Source: an uncultured candidate division Zixibacteria bacterium (GTDB taxonomy: Bacteria; Zixibacteria; MSB-5A5; GN15; FEB-12). Taken from it: a DNA stretch of 64,000 bases. The translations under genes were made by a program, and so were the position numbers. The notes under the pieces were generated by a model. The model saw nothing but the letters and a program-made list of their open reading frames with translations. It was not told the DNA's origin and made no database searches. This document shows positions 8,880 to 20,436 of this stretch, piece by piece. The stretch covers positions 480,001 through 544,000 of the forward strand of contig CAVTJJ010000006.1 in NCBI GenBank assembly GCA_963735035.1, read 5' to 3'. Positions within the stretch are counted from its first letter, which is position 1. Each line of letters opens with the position of its first letter.

Positions 8880-11489
8880 TTACTTGAGCATCAGCATTTT
8901 GCGTGTGACGGTGCCTTCTTCGCAGTCCAAACGATAGAAGTAGACTCCGCTGGCGGTTTCAATCCCGGTTTCGTCGCGCCCGTCCCAGGTTACGTCATAA
9001 CTACCGGGGAAGTAGAGCCGGTCGGCGAGTGACCGGACCTTCTGGCCAAGTACGTTGTAAATGCTCAGGCTTACATATTCCCGGCGCGATAAGGAGAAGC
9101 TGATCATGGTGCCGCCGTTGAACGGGTTGGGGTAATTCTGTGACACCGAGAATTCGGCAGGAAGAAGCGCGCCCGGGTCATCAACGGGGGTGGCGTCGGG
9201 CGAGTAGGCGTTAACCGAGAAAGCGGAACTGTTGGAATCGGCGTCCGTGGCGACCGCTGTCAGGACAATCGGTATCGGGGGACCGGAAGGTAGGAAGACT
9301 TCGTAGAAGCCAAGCGCGTCCGCAGTAGTGTTGCCGAGATAGGTATACCCCTCACCTGAGCCCGAGGGGTCCGGTTGACCGACATCGTAGAAATCGATTC
9401 TCGAGCCCGGTAGCGCATTGCGACCCTCAACGTACCTGGGACTGTAAGTATACAATATCCCGACCTGAGTAATTTCGGGGGGAGTAATACCGTTTTGGGC
9501 TGAATCGCGAAGGTCTATGCCCAGGCCGTCGTTATTGTACATCGAATTGCGGCGAATGAGATTGTTGCGAGTTTCCGAGCCGGTTATGTAGACGCCGGCT
9601 CCTTCATTGCCGACGATCAAATTGCACTCACGAATAGATTCGCCGCCAATGATATTGTTGTGGGCACCGGAATAGACACCGATACCGTGGCCGCGATTGC
9701 CCACGATCGTTTGATTCCCCAGGTTGGGTCCGATCAGGTTTCCTGATATTCTGTTATGAGCGGTCGAGACACCGTACATGTGAATGCCCCCCGCGTGCCC
9801 CTCTATCGGATCATGTATGCCGTTGCCCGAAATAATATTACCATCGGTGATGTCTGCACCGCCAATAACATTGTACTGTGCGCCGTCTCCGATAATCACG
9901 CCGGATGAACCGTTTTGCCTGGCGCGCACTCCGGTGGCATCCAGGCCGATAATGTTGGCCATGACCCGGTTGAAATCCGTCCCGGCTCCGATTAGAAGTA
10001 CGCCACAGTCGTAGGGGAAAGTATCCGAACCGTTTCCGGAAATAACGTTGCGGTACTCGGCCGTCAGCCCGCCTATGGTATTGGATTTCGCGCCGTCACT
10101 TATGCAGACACCTACCGAATTCCCGAGTGAACTGGTGCCTGCATAACTGAGGCCGATATAGTTCCCGATGACAAGATTGTCCTTGGTGCCTTCTCCCTGA
10201 ATTCCAACGCCGAAGCGGTAGTTGGCTGAGATGATATTGCGAAGCGCCGAAGTCGTCCCACCTACTATGTTGTAATTCGCTCCACCGTCAATAGTGACCC
10301 CATCACCGTTGGTCAACCAGCCGTTGCTTACATAACCGTAGCCTGCGCGAGACAAACCGATCCAGTTGGCCGTCAGTAGGTTGTACATCACCGTTGGGCC
10401 GGACAAATGTACGCCGCTCGCAGCGTTGCCGGAAATCAGGTTGCCGGATTCGAGTTGCGTCCCGCCGATCTGGTTGTCATGGGCACCGTCGGCGATGTAG
10501 ATACCGTCGCTCAAGTTGCCTACCGCCTCATAGCCGGCCTGGTTGGTGCCGATCAGATTGCCGTCAACGCGATTGTTCGCAACGCCGCTTCCTGCCAGTG
10601 TGATACCGTTGCCCCAGTTACCCGAGATGATGTTGCCTTCGGGAAGACTATCACCGCCGATGAAGTTGTTATTGGCGTCTCCGAGCACTGCAATGCCGTC
10701 GCGCTGATTTCCCGGGCCCGAATTACCGGTACTGTCGAGGCCGATGAAGTTTCCGGCGATGCGATTGTCTGAGGTGCCGGCAGATACGACTACGCCATAG
10801 CCCACATTTCCCGAAATGATGTTGCGGGCGCCGGTAGAGAGACCGCCGATCCAATTGAGTCGGGCTCCGTGCTCAATGGCGATACCGTTGGCATTTCCTT
10901 CAACCGTCATACCGTTGGCCGCTAAGCCGATGTAATTCCCCTCAACCGTATTGCCGACCGCCTCCGGTCCCGTGATCCTGATGGCGCAGCTGAGACTGTT
11001 GTCGAGGCCGTTGGCAATGAAGATCAGTCCGGCATTCTGAACGCCGATTCGGTTAGCCGAACCGAAGATCTCGAAGCCGTCGCCGCGAGACCGTCGCACA
11101 AGCAGGGATTGCACTGTATTGGAATCCGATTCTATGATGAAAGTATTCTGATTGATCGGGTTGGCGACCGCGTCGATTATAGGTCGACCACCCGTTCCCA
11201 CAATCATTGTACTGTTGTCCTGCAAATAGAGGGAGCCGAGACTCAAACGGATCGGGCCAATCTCAACAGGGACCAGAATAGTATCCGGGCCCGCAAGGGC
11301 ATTGGCTTCTTCGATCGCCGCTCGCAGTGTGCATTGTGAGGAATCAGGACTGATCCCGTCACTTGCTACACCATCGCCGGGCAAGGCATCGTGAGCATCC
11401 GCGTCCGAATTGACGTAGAACGTGGCAGCCGGAGCGCTTCCGGCAAGAACCGCAAGGCAGAGAGCGGCTATGAGGATGAAGAGACGCAT
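8880..11489 (-). CDS. Secreted CSLREA/right-handed beta-helix repeat protein with T9SS/FlgD-like C-terminal domain
   Basis: Signal peptide; CTLRAAIEEAN; repeated N.I.GN.IG...GN.ISGN units; C-terminal QNYPNPFN...YNVLGQKV...WDG...SGVYFYRL...RKMLMLK. Confidence 0.85.
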   Translation of the reverse strand: MRLFILIAALCLAVLAGSAPAATFYVNSDADAHDALPGDGVASDGISPDSSQCTLRAAIEEANALAGPDTILVPVEIGPIRLSLGSLYLQDNSTMIVGTGGRPIIDAVANPINQNTFIIESDSNTVQSLLVRRSRGDGFEIFGSANRIGVQNAGLIFIANGLDNSLSCAIRITGPEAVGNTVEGNYIGLAANGMTVEGNANGIAIEHGARLNWIGGLSTGARNIISGNVGYGVVVSAGTSDNRIAGNFIGLDSTGNSGPGNQRDGIAVLGDANNNFIGGDSLPEGNIISGNWGNGITLAGSGVANNRVDGNLIGTNQAGYEAVGNLSDGIYIADGAHDNQIGGTQLESGNLISGNAASGVHLSGPTVMYNLLTANWIGLSRAGYGYVSNGWLTNGDGVTIDGGANYNIVGGTTSALRNIISANYRFGVGIQGEGTKDNLVIGNYIGLSYAGTSSLGNSVGVCISDGAKSNTIGGLTAEYRNVISGNGSDTFPYDCGVLLIGAGTDFNRVMANIIGLDATGVRARQNGSSGVIIGDGAQYNVIGGADITDGNIISGNGIHDPIEGHAGGIHMYGVSTAHNRISGNLIGPNLGNQTIVGNRGHGIGVYSGAHNNIIGGESIRECNLIVGNEGAGVYITGSETRNNLIRRNSMYNNDGLGIDLRDSAQNGITPPEITQVGILYTYSPRYVEGRNALPGSRIDFYDVGQPDPSGSGEGYTYLGNTTADALGFYEVFLPSGPPIPIVLTAVATDADSNSSAFSVNAYSPDATPVDDPGALLPAEFSVSQNYPNPFNGGTMISFSLSRREYVSLSIYNVLGQKVRSLADRLYFPGSYDVTWDGRDETGIETASGVYFYRLDCEEGTVTRKMLMLK

Positions 11490-11528
11490 GTCAACCAACA
11501 AAGAATTTTGGTGCCCTGACTACAAGAA

Positions 11529-13736
11529 CTACTTCAACAATACCATCTTCCGCGTTTCGCTCGTCCGGAGTGTCGACATACGGTAGAAGTACACACCGCT
11601 GGCCACTCGCTCACCCGAGTGGTCGGTGCCGTCCCATTCTATCGAATGTTGACCGGCCGGCAAGACCTTCTCCAAAAGAGTGGCAACTCGCCGTCCGAGA
11701 ATATCGTAAACCGCGATCTCAACCCTACCCGATTGGGGTATCGTGAAGTCTATTCTAGTGCGAGGATTGAACGGATTGGGATAATTAGGTTGGAGGAATG
11801 CTGAGGCGTCAATCGAAGTCGGAGGTTCCTCCACCGGCGTCATTGTGCCGTCACGATATGAATAGAGATGAACCGCCGTTCCGTCCGATACAGCCAGAAC
11901 GGAGTCACCAAAAGCTATGTCGTGGCCTCCATAGCCTCCGTACGTAATAACCGACGGTACAGTCTGACGAATATCAAGTATCAATACCCCCTGCGGACCC
12001 ACACCATACAGCGCGTCCGGTGTGAACGTTGAGGTCTCCACCTCAATAGGTAGTGATCCCAGATAACGGATAAAGGGTAGGCCGTCGGGTGATACCAGAA
12101 TCTCGTACATCTGGTTGCCGTCGAAAGCCAGGGCTATCCCGCTCCTCCAGCCCCCACTGGGAGAATGGCGTTTGTCTACAAACTGCATGTGGTCTAGATC
12201 TTGCCTTATAGAGCCCTGCCACCAGTGGGTGGCGAAGAAACTAGGATATATCAGATAGGTATGAATCTGTTGACTGGTTGTCGTTACTATCAGGAATGAA
12301 TCTATCACAAAGGCATCGCTGACCTGTTCCGGCACCATAACAGTTTGATCTGCAGATATGTGAAGCGTATTGTCAGACGAGACCGTCACAAGGCTTATCG
12401 TTCTGTCTCCGATGAGAAGCAGCAACGAGACCGAATCGTTCGGAGTATAATCGTAGTACTTCATGCCACGCGTCGGCAGACTCGTGCCGGTGACGGATGA
12501 CAGCATCGTTACCGAGGCCCCTGAGATTCTGAGCGCCGAAGTCCGGTTGCCAATGCTAGTGTGGGTGAAAAGAACGTCCCCGCCATCAACCATGGCGTCA
12601 ACACCGATCAACGAATACAATGCCGTATCGCGTACGGCCTTGAGAGATCGGTCGAGTCGGAAGGTTTCCAGCGGATTCTGGGCGCCACCGGTGCACAATG
12701 TCCCTTGGTTGAACGCGAGTCCACCTATTGGGCCCGGATGGCTGAAGAACCGGCGGGGCTGGGGATCGTACCAGAGATTCTTGAGGTCGAATCCGGCTAG
12801 GCCGAGACTGCCCGAAATGAAAACGACGTACGGATTCCCCTCGAAGTGGCAAGTAGTGCCCAACGGTTGCAGGGCCAGGTTGGGCGGAAATGTGATCGAA
12901 ATGATTCCGCCGTTAACTGTCGACATCATTTCGAGACGCTCTTGACCGATGTCGATGGCTACAATGAAACTGTCGATGGCGAAGATTCGCTGTGGTATGA
13001 TGGTGAAACCTGCCGAATCGATCAATTCCGGATGATTCAAGAACGTCGCGCGATAGACCAAGGCCTGGTCTACCAGTGCGAGAACCAGCGTATCTCCGGC
13101 CTGAAAGAATGACTCCGCCCGTCGTGGGACCATTATACGATCAACCACCTGGCCGATACCTGACGAGGTTGGCGCGTAGCGAAGGAGGCCGTTGTAATCA
13201 TCGAGGACTATTAGATACGTGTCCTGGCTTTCGACCTGAACACAGTGAATCGGGACCAGGCTCGAATCGACAAACTGCAAGACTCCGCCGGGTTGCAAAG
13301 AGAAGTGGCGAAGTCCGTCAAACCCGCAGGCGAGGTACAGATCATTACCTACTGCCACGGCATCGTAGACATTGGTGACGAGATCGGTTTGACCTATCAG
13401 GGTCAACTCCGGCAAGTTGGACAGATCAACGAAATAGAGAATTCCAGCCGAAGTGGACACGGTGGCGAGCGTCCCGGCCACGGTAAGTTCCAGGGCCTGA
13501 TTGCCAAGCTGGAGCTGATTTACCTGTGAGAATGTCCCGCTGGCGCTGTCGAGCTGAAGCACCGCCACCCCGAAATCGGACGAGGCCAGCGCGTATCCGT
13601 CGAGAATTTCGATAGCATTGAACTGATTCCACAGGAATGAATAATCCGGGCCAGTGGCGAGATCGGCGGCGGAGGTAATGGGCGCCGGGATCGCCATCAT
13701 AAGCAGCGCAGTCAGAAATATCGGGTATCTGATCAT
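11529..13736 (-). CDS. Secreted beta-propeller-like (LVIVD-type) protein with T9SS/FlgD-like CTD
   Basis: Signal peptide; beta-rich repeats (LYLACGFDGL); C-terminal NYPNPFNP...YDILGRRV...WDG...SGVYFYRM...RKMVLLK; start overlaps the upstream stop. Confidence 0.75.
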   Translation of the reverse strand: MIRYPIFLTALLMMAIPAPITSAADLATGPDYSFLWNQFNAIEILDGYALASSDFGVAVLQLDSASGTFSQVNQLQLGNQALELTVAGTLATVSTSAGILYFVDLSNLPELTLIGQTDLVTNVYDAVAVGNDLYLACGFDGLRHFSLQPGGVLQFVDSSLVPIHCVQVESQDTYLIVLDDYNGLLRYAPTSSGIGQVVDRIMVPRRAESFFQAGDTLVLALVDQALVYRATFLNHPELIDSAGFTIIPQRIFAIDSFIVAIDIGQERLEMMSTVNGGIISITFPPNLALQPLGTTCHFEGNPYVVFISGSLGLAGFDLKNLWYDPQPRRFFSHPGPIGGLAFNQGTLCTGGAQNPLETFRLDRSLKAVRDTALYSLIGVDAMVDGGDVLFTHTSIGNRTSALRISGASVTMLSSVTGTSLPTRGMKYYDYTPNDSVSLLLLIGDRTISLVTVSSDNTLHISADQTVMVPEQVSDAFVIDSFLIVTTTSQQIHTYLIYPSFFATHWWQGSIRQDLDHMQFVDKRHSPSGGWRSGIALAFDGNQMYEILVSPDGLPFIRYLGSLPIEVETSTFTPDALYGVGPQGVLILDIRQTVPSVITYGGYGGHDIAFGDSVLAVSDGTAVHLYSYRDGTMTPVEEPPTSIDASAFLQPNYPNPFNPRTRIDFTIPQSGRVEIAVYDILGRRVATLLEKVLPAGQHSIEWDGTDHSGERVASGVYFYRMSTLRTSETRKMVLLK

Positions 13737-16700
13737 TTCACCAGTACCATCTTTCGGGTAGATTCCATGCCGCCGGCCTGGAGGCGGTAGAAGTATACGC
13801 CCGAGGCTAGTTGCGATCCGTCAAATTCAACCGTCTGACTACCCGCGGGAAGTATCTGGTCGACCAGGGTAGACACTTTCTGTCCCAGCACATTGAAGAC
13901 CTCGAGCCGGGTCTGGGTGCGAACAGGCAACTCGAAAGTAATTGCGGTGGACGGATTGAACGGGTTCGGATAGTTCTGATAGAGCCGGAATTCACGCGGC
14001 AGGGTATTCAGGATGTCTTCGGGAGCGTCGGTCGTCTCGCTGGTCTTGCTATAGACGCCGGAATTCAGGTTGTCCATCGTGATCCGAGCGCGATTGCGGC
14101 CGCCGTCGTACGATGTTTCGAAGTCCCAGATGTAAACGCAGATTCCTTCGCTGACCAGGACCATTTCTACCAGTCCGTCGCCATCGATATCATCGACCAA
14201 CGGCGCATACGGGGTGGAAAACACCATGCTGGGATCGGTCGGGGTGGAAATGGGCCATCCGGGAACCGGAGTGACGGTATGATCCAGAATGTGAATCTTC
14301 TCGCGGCCCGTGCTGGGGAAGAGGTAACCGGATCGAATCACTATCTCGGGATATTTGTCACCGACGAGATTGGCGACTATCGGTGAACTGAAAGTCGCAC
14401 CGTACCGATACGCTTCGCCGGCCGGGCGTCCCTCGATCGTGATGTACGGAGATCCGTCGGCTCTGAATATATAGAGCACGGCGATGTCGTATTCATAATA
14501 CGTAACCAGAACTTCAGGGACTCCGTCCAGATCAAGGTCGGCTGTCATCGGATAGCTTCCCAGCCAGTTCTTGATTTCCGGGAACGACTTGGGCCAACCG
14601 GGCAGGTTCTGTGTTCCTCGAGTCTTTACCCAAACAGTCGGTGAGCCGAGCGTGTCCATTCCGGAAGTGACAATCTCCGGAAGATTATCGCCGTTGAGAT
14701 CAGCCAGGACGGTGCCGTAGACATCCGTGGCCTTGATCACATATGGTAGAGGACGATTGAAAGCAGGCTGACCGGTGCGTCCTTCGAAGACGCCTACGCC
14801 GCAGTAACCGGAAACGGCCGCACAAGAAGCCACCAACTCCCGGTAGCCGTCGCCGTCGAGATCCGCCCCGCTCAGTCCATTGCCGTTATAATATGTTGAT
14901 GACGTTGGCTCGAGGTTGAACGACGCAAACCAACCCTCCAGAGAGTAGAAGTACGACTGACCGTTGAAATCGTATGCTAGCAAATTGCTGTTGTCGTCCA
15001 GAATGACGATCGCCGAGTCTTCCTGGGGATCAAGCAGTACAACGGAGGGATTGGGAGATCCATATCCCCGGCGACCGATGTATCGTTTGATCGGCCACCC
15101 GGGAACATAGGTCCCGTCAGAATTGAAGACGTGAAGGCCGCTGTCGGAGGCGCAAATGATCTCTCCGAATCCATCTCGATCTACATCGTAGACTGCAGGG
15201 ACACCGCGAGCAGGCTGTTCGTATAGGACCGGGAAACCCGGCATCGGGCGACCGTCGGAACGAAATACATTCAGCCCGTACAACGTCCCGACTATGATTT
15301 CCTGTGTGCCGTCATTGTCGAGGTCGGCCGTAGTGGCGCTCAACCCGCCCCGGCCAGTCAGGTTCTGGGGCCAGCCATGAGCAAAGGCCGACGAGAGTGT
15401 GAAGTTCACACTGTCCGCCACCGTGCCGGACAAGAAATGTCCTTCGAGATAGATTGTATACTGGCCCAGATCCACCCCGGAGGCATTCCAACTATAGATT
15501 AGCGAATCAAAATACTCGGCGCCGGTCTCGTAGAGCAACTGTCTGGCTCCTCCGTCACTTCGGTAGTACACCGATAGAGACTGGAAATCTGTTCCGTAGA
15601 CTTTTCCTTTGATGGGAATATTGTAATCGAGCGACGAGCCGGGGAGCGGCGAGGTCAATTCAAGCGCACTTCCAACTACCAGTATGATAGGAAGAAAACG
15701 GGCAGTGCCATAGTCGTCAGTCAATCTCAGAGTAACGTGTCCGATGAAACGGGGGTCGGCAAGCGTGAACAGAAGAGAGTCAACCGGGGGATGAGTGCCG
15801 GAAGCGAGCGGGTGCCAATTATTCGGGTCATTGTCCGGGGCACAGGAGAGACTCCAGCCGCCGGTGTATCCGCCAATTGCGACAGCTTTTATTCCAACTT
15901 GGCCGACATCGCGGGTGTACGGTTCAGGACCCGAGAAGTATAGTCCGCCCTGTCGCGTAATCGCAAGGGATCGTCCGATATCCAGGTACCCGTAACCGCT
16001 GATTGAATCGGGACCGGGAAGAGAATCACCTTTGCCTAACGGGTCAATCAGATCGCGCGCGCCAGCCTCGAGATCAGACAACACTTGATCCGGGGTTAGT
16101 TGAGGACGAATGGACCAGATAAGCGCGGCGGCTCCGGCCACCATCGGGGCGGCCATGGAAGTGCCATCCGCCAGGTAGTAAAGCGAGTCCGGCCCTATAA
16201 TATGCACCCCCGGTTCACCCGCCGAAGCGTACATGTCGGTTCCGGCTGCTCGAAGTGACAGGATATTCTGCCCCGGGGCGCAGATGTCCAGGTGAGGACC
16301 ACAAGTGCTGAACGACGTCACCCGGCCGTTATCGTCTCCCGCGCCGACTGCCATTACTTCATCAAACGCGGCCGGGTAGAAGATCTGTGACGTTCCGGTA
16401 TTGCCGGATGACACAAAGACAAGAACGCCATTGTCGCGGGCGAACTTGACAGCATCTTTGAGCAGCATGCTTTCAAAGGGTGTGCCCCAACTTATGTTTA
16501 TGATATTGGCCCCGGAGTTGACGGCGTACACAATGCCGGCCGCTCCGATTGTCGTCGTTCCGTTGGGACGGATCTTGACAGCCATGATTTCCGCCGACGG
16601 AGCAATCCCCACAACGCCCTGGCCATCGCGCGCGGCGGCAATAATCCCCGCGATGTGTGTCCCGTGACCGAAATTGTCGGTCGGGTCATTATCGCCACCC

Positions 16701-17413
16701 GTATCGATCATCGAAACCGTATCGCCCGAGACATCATATCCAATCGTATCGTCGATAAAGCCGTTGTGGTCGTCGTCGATGCCGTTGCCGGGAATCTCGT
16801 CCGAGTTGTGCCACAAATGGTCACGGAGTTCAGGGTGCGTGGGATCGACGCCGGTATCGACTACCGCCACTACAACTTTGGTTGCAAGAGCCGGCGGCGA
16901 CTGATAGAATGAAGACAGGTCGATGTCGCTGCCAGCCGATCCGGAGCGGAGCACGAGGAGATCGTTATTGTCTCCAGTTACCCGCTCCACTGCCCAATGA
17001 GTCTGTCCGGTGTTCCTTAGATACCATTGATGGGCGAACAAGGCGTCAGTAGGATAACCGAAGAACTCCAGCTCATAGACCGGTTCAACATATTCGACGT
17101 TCTGAGGTCCGATCTGATCCAGGATTTGTTCGGCGGTCAAGTTCGGATCGTCCACATTAATTGTGTATATGCGATTCCAGAACTCGGCTCCGTTCAGAGT
17201 CGATTTCACCTGGAGTTGAGAGACGGCATCCAGATGCTGATCGGACGATAACGCCGCACTCAAGATAGCCTTCGACGACGACGAAGCCAACTTAACTACG
17301 AATCGTCCGGGAATTGGACCGGCCGCCTGTAAAGGGTGGGCACAGATAAAGAATGTGAGGGTGGCAAACAGCGTCAGGAGTGAAATTGGAACTCGGTACC
17401 CTGGAGTGTGCAT
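13733..17413 (-). CDS. Secreted S8 subtilase with FG-GAP-like repeats and T9SS-like CTD
   Basis: Triad VAVVDTG, HGTHIAG, GTSMAAP; ADLDxDG repeats; QNYPNPFNP CTD; start uncertain (17413 or 17470). Confidence 0.9.
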   Translation of the reverse strand: MHTPGYRVPISLLTLFATLTFFICAHPLQAAGPIPGRFVVKLASSSSKAILSAALSSDQHLDAVSQLQVKSTLNGAEFWNRIYTINVDDPNLTAEQILDQIGPQNVEYVEPVYELEFFGYPTDALFAHQWYLRNTGQTHWAVERVTGDNNDLLVLRSGSAGSDIDLSSFYQSPPALATKVVVAVVDTGVDPTHPELRDHLWHNSDEIPGNGIDDDHNGFIDDTIGYDVSGDTVSMIDTGGDNDPTDNFGHGTHIAGIIAAARDGQGVVGIAPSAEIMAVKIRPNGTTTIGAAGIVYAVNSGANIINISWGTPFESMLLKDAVKFARDNGVLVFVSSGNTGTSQIFYPAAFDEVMAVGAGDDNGRVTSFSTCGPHLDICAPGQNILSLRAAGTDMYASAGEPGVHIIGPDSLYYLADGTSMAAPMVAGAAALIWSIRPQLTPDQVLSDLEAGARDLIDPLGKGDSLPGPDSISGYGYLDIGRSLAITRQGGLYFSGPEPYTRDVGQVGIKAVAIGGYTGGWSLSCAPDNDPNNWHPLASGTHPPVDSLLFTLADPRFIGHVTLRLTDDYGTARFLPIILVVGSALELTSPLPGSSLDYNIPIKGKVYGTDFQSLSVYYRSDGGARQLLYETGAEYFDSLIYSWNASGVDLGQYTIYLEGHFLSGTVADSVNFTLSSAFAHGWPQNLTGRGGLSATTADLDNDGTQEIIVGTLYGLNVFRSDGRPMPGFPVLYEQPARGVPAVYDVDRDGFGEIICASDSGLHVFNSDGTYVPGWPIKRYIGRRGYGSPNPSVVLLDPQEDSAIVILDDNSNLLAYDFNGQSYFYSLEGWFASFNLEPTSSTYYNGNGLSGADLDGDGYRELVASCAAVSGYCGVGVFEGRTGQPAFNRPLPYVIKATDVYGTVLADLNGDNLPEIVTSGMDTLGSPTVWVKTRGTQNLPGWPKSFPEIKNWLGSYPMTADLDLDGVPEVLVTYYEYDIAVLYIFRADGSPYITIEGRPAGEAYRYGATFSSPIVANLVGDKYPEIVIRSGYLFPSTGREKIHILDHTVTPVPGWPISTPTDPSMVFSTPYAPLVDDIDGDGLVEMVLVSEGICVYIWDFETSYDGGRNRARITMDNLNSGVYSKTSETTDAPEDILNTLPREFRLYQNYPNPFNPSTAITFELPVRTQTRLEVFNVLGQKVSTLVDQILPAGSQTVEFDGSQLASGVYFYRLQAGGMESTRKMVLVK

Positions 17414-17703
17414 TTTTGCGTTCAGGTCTCCTAAGACTTCAGATATCACAGAGTACAAACGATAAGTCACCCACAGACGTTTAATCCCGATTGTCGATCA
17501 TTTCGCCGGGGCCTTCGGCTACGGCTATATTTGGCCACTGACAGCGGGTTTCTCGACCAAAGGACATATCCGAACTTTCGTAAACGGAACTTCAAATCGG
17601 TGCAACGATTGGTGCAGACTCCGGTTTGTCGCGTTCCAGTCACACTCTTACTTCAATATAGGCCGGTCTGCCCGATTATCCAAGCCCGCCGATGCGGGGA
17701 GAG

Positions 17704-20185
17704 CTACAAGCATTGCGGCAGAGGACTAAGTGACACAAACAAGTGATCTATCAGCAGCGAAATGTCGCCGATCGTAATGTCAGACGAAGAGGGAGTAAGC
17801 CCTCCGGACTGATTGACGTCAGCTTCGGGATAGCAATCTAACGGAACCCCATTGATGAACAAATGTGAGATGAGTGCCGATATGTCCCCGATGGTCGGTT
17901 CGTACTGCAGATCGCCGTTGGCATCTCCTACGATACCCTGACAGCAACTGGCCGTGATAGAACCGTCATAGGACACCGGCGCGTAAGTGCCTGCATTAAC
18001 GGTGAAGATCAGACTGTGTCCGGTATAGTTGAAGACTGAAACCGGGTTGCTGCCCGTCATGCTTCCGGAACGATGAAACCAAAGCGAGCATGATCGCCCC
18101 GGTGCCGGGGTCGAGACGCTGACTTGTCAGCGACTGGACCAGGACAGAAGCCTGTTTTGAAACATCAATTCGGCTGAGAATAGACGCGGTCATCCAGGAA
18201 GACCTGAGGCCGGTGACGGTCACTGAGTCGAAAGCTATGTTCATGGTACCGGCGTAAGAAAATGGAAACTCGACCTGCGCCAGTGGAACGAAGTTACGCG
18301 CTGAGATATCAACTCGCCCGTAATCGCCGTCGAAGCGACTATTCCCGATCACCAGGGTATCGGCATAGATCGAAATCATATCAGTCACGGTTCTGGAATA
18401 GAACTGGCCGCTCGATTCAATGGTTGTAGAAACGCTAAAGGACCCGGGGGACAAGTACTCATGCGTCGGGTTTTGTAGATTGGAAGTGCCGCCGTCGCCA
18501 AAATCCCAGGCCCACGAAGTCGCCGGTCGGGCAGTCGAACCGGTGAAGTTCACTATCAAAGGAGCCGTCCCGAGGTTGATATCGGACTGAATATCGAGAC
18601 GGGCGTGGGCGACGGCGCCGTAGGCGTTAAGGAGACCGTACCCAAAGTAGATGTCGAAACCTGGGGCTCCAAGGTCGGTCGCGGTCGTCCTCAGTTGATC
18701 TTCAACTTCGGCGGGAGTTAATCCCGGCTCAACTGAGAGTACCAGGGCAGCGACTCCGGCGGCGTAGGGCGCCGAAAATGACGTGCCGTCGACGTAGGAG
18801 TAATTTCCCGAACTATAGCCGGCGAGGCCGGTACGATCGGTCGTGTAGATCGTCTGGCCGGGGGCCGCGAAACTTACTTCGGCGCCGTAACTGCTGAACG
18901 AAGCTTTGGCGCCGTATCGGTTGATCGCCGAGATGGCGTTGACCATCGAAAGGGATCCGGGGAATCCGATCGACTCGATGCCGTCATTTCCCGCCGATGC
19001 GAAATGCACCATCCCTGCATTGTAAGTGTCCTGGTATTTGGCCGCCACCGAACTCGAGTAGGGGAGACCGTTACTATTGCTGGAAATGCGGGCTCCCTGA
19101 CCCTGTCCCCAGGCCAAAGCATTTACGAGCCAACTGAATTGAAATGTTCCGCTCCCGTCACAGGGCACGTTGGCAACATTGAACTTGGCGGTCAATATCT
19201 TGCAGCCGGGGGCGGCGCCGATTGTTCCGAGGCTATTATTGATGATAGCCGCCACACATCCGCTGACGGCGGTGCCGTGGTTGTCGCAGCTATCTGGACG
19301 GTCCCCCGCCGGTGCCAGAGCCGGTGAAATCAGCGCCTCCGCCAATGTTCAAATCGGGATGAGTCAGCTCTGCTCCGTCGTCAAGGACCAGCACCTTTAC
19401 TGTGGGGCTTCCCGTCGTAATATCCCACGCCAAATCGCAATTCATGTCCATATTAACCGTGCCGCCGGACTGTCCGGTATTGTTGAGACCCCAGAGGTTC
19501 ACCCAACCCGGATCGTTGGGGGTCATGTCCTTCTTGAGGGTAGCCAGCATGTCCGGTTCGGCCCACTCGATCTTCGGGATCGCCGGCCAGCCGATTGGCC
19601 GTCGCCAGGACGTCAAAGCCGTTTCTGGAATTGCAGTGAATTCGATAAGCGCCGTCCATGTCGCCGAAATTCTCTTCGACTACATCGGTTCCAGTCGCCA
19701 GGGTCGCCAACGTCAGGCCGCCGTCCTTGCGATTTTCGGGCCGGACCCTGACCAACACGTCTGGCGTAACTATCATCCAGCCGCCGCTCGGCTGCAGCAA
19801 AACCGGGGACGCGAATTCAACGTTGGGGGATTCCAGGGCCTGAAGGACACGGCTGTTTACATCGGTGCTGCCGGCTGAGTTTTGTGAGGGTGTAACAAGC
19901 GTCCACCCGTCGACCCCGGTTTCCTGGACGTCTTGCGAGGAGAGGCCGACATTGGCCAGGGACGATTGATAGGGTGTCGCTTTGGCATGAAGGGCTGAAT
20001 TTCACCGCTATTCGATTCAGATCGAGTGTCACGTCGGCGGGGGATCCGTCGTAAACGTAAGAAGTCGAAAGTTCGGGTGGATTGATTGCGTTGGAAGTTG
20101 AGTTTGGTTGAGTTGCTCCAGCGAAGCCCGACAGTGCACCCAGGCCTGACAGGAGGATACCTAGTCCAATTGTACTGATCTTCAT
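17704..20185 (-). pseudogene. S8 peptidase + PKD + cohesin-like + dockerin-like protein, broken by about 5 frameshifts (pseudogene or assembly errors)
   Basis: Consecutive ORF fragments carry a signal peptide (MKISTIGLG), VLVLDDG, HGTAVSG, GTSFSAP, WDFGDG (PKD) and CCQGIVGDANGD...PTIGDIS (dockerin). Confidence 0.8.
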
Positions 20186-20436
20186 TGTTCCTCGTCCCTT
20201 GTGCTGCAAACGCCAGTATGGCAGGTGGGGATATTGATCGCGGTGATACGTGAGGGAGACGCCAAGATCAATGCTCCGAAATCAAATATAATCAATACGC
20301 CCTGTTCAGCAATCAGAATTCAAACGCCGACTCGAACTTATAACAGGTACATGGTTAAGTTTGTGCCCGCTTCGTCAGGCTGCTTTTCAGCACAACGGTA
20401 TTAAAGACAATGAGATGACTCCGGCAGTCAGTCGAA

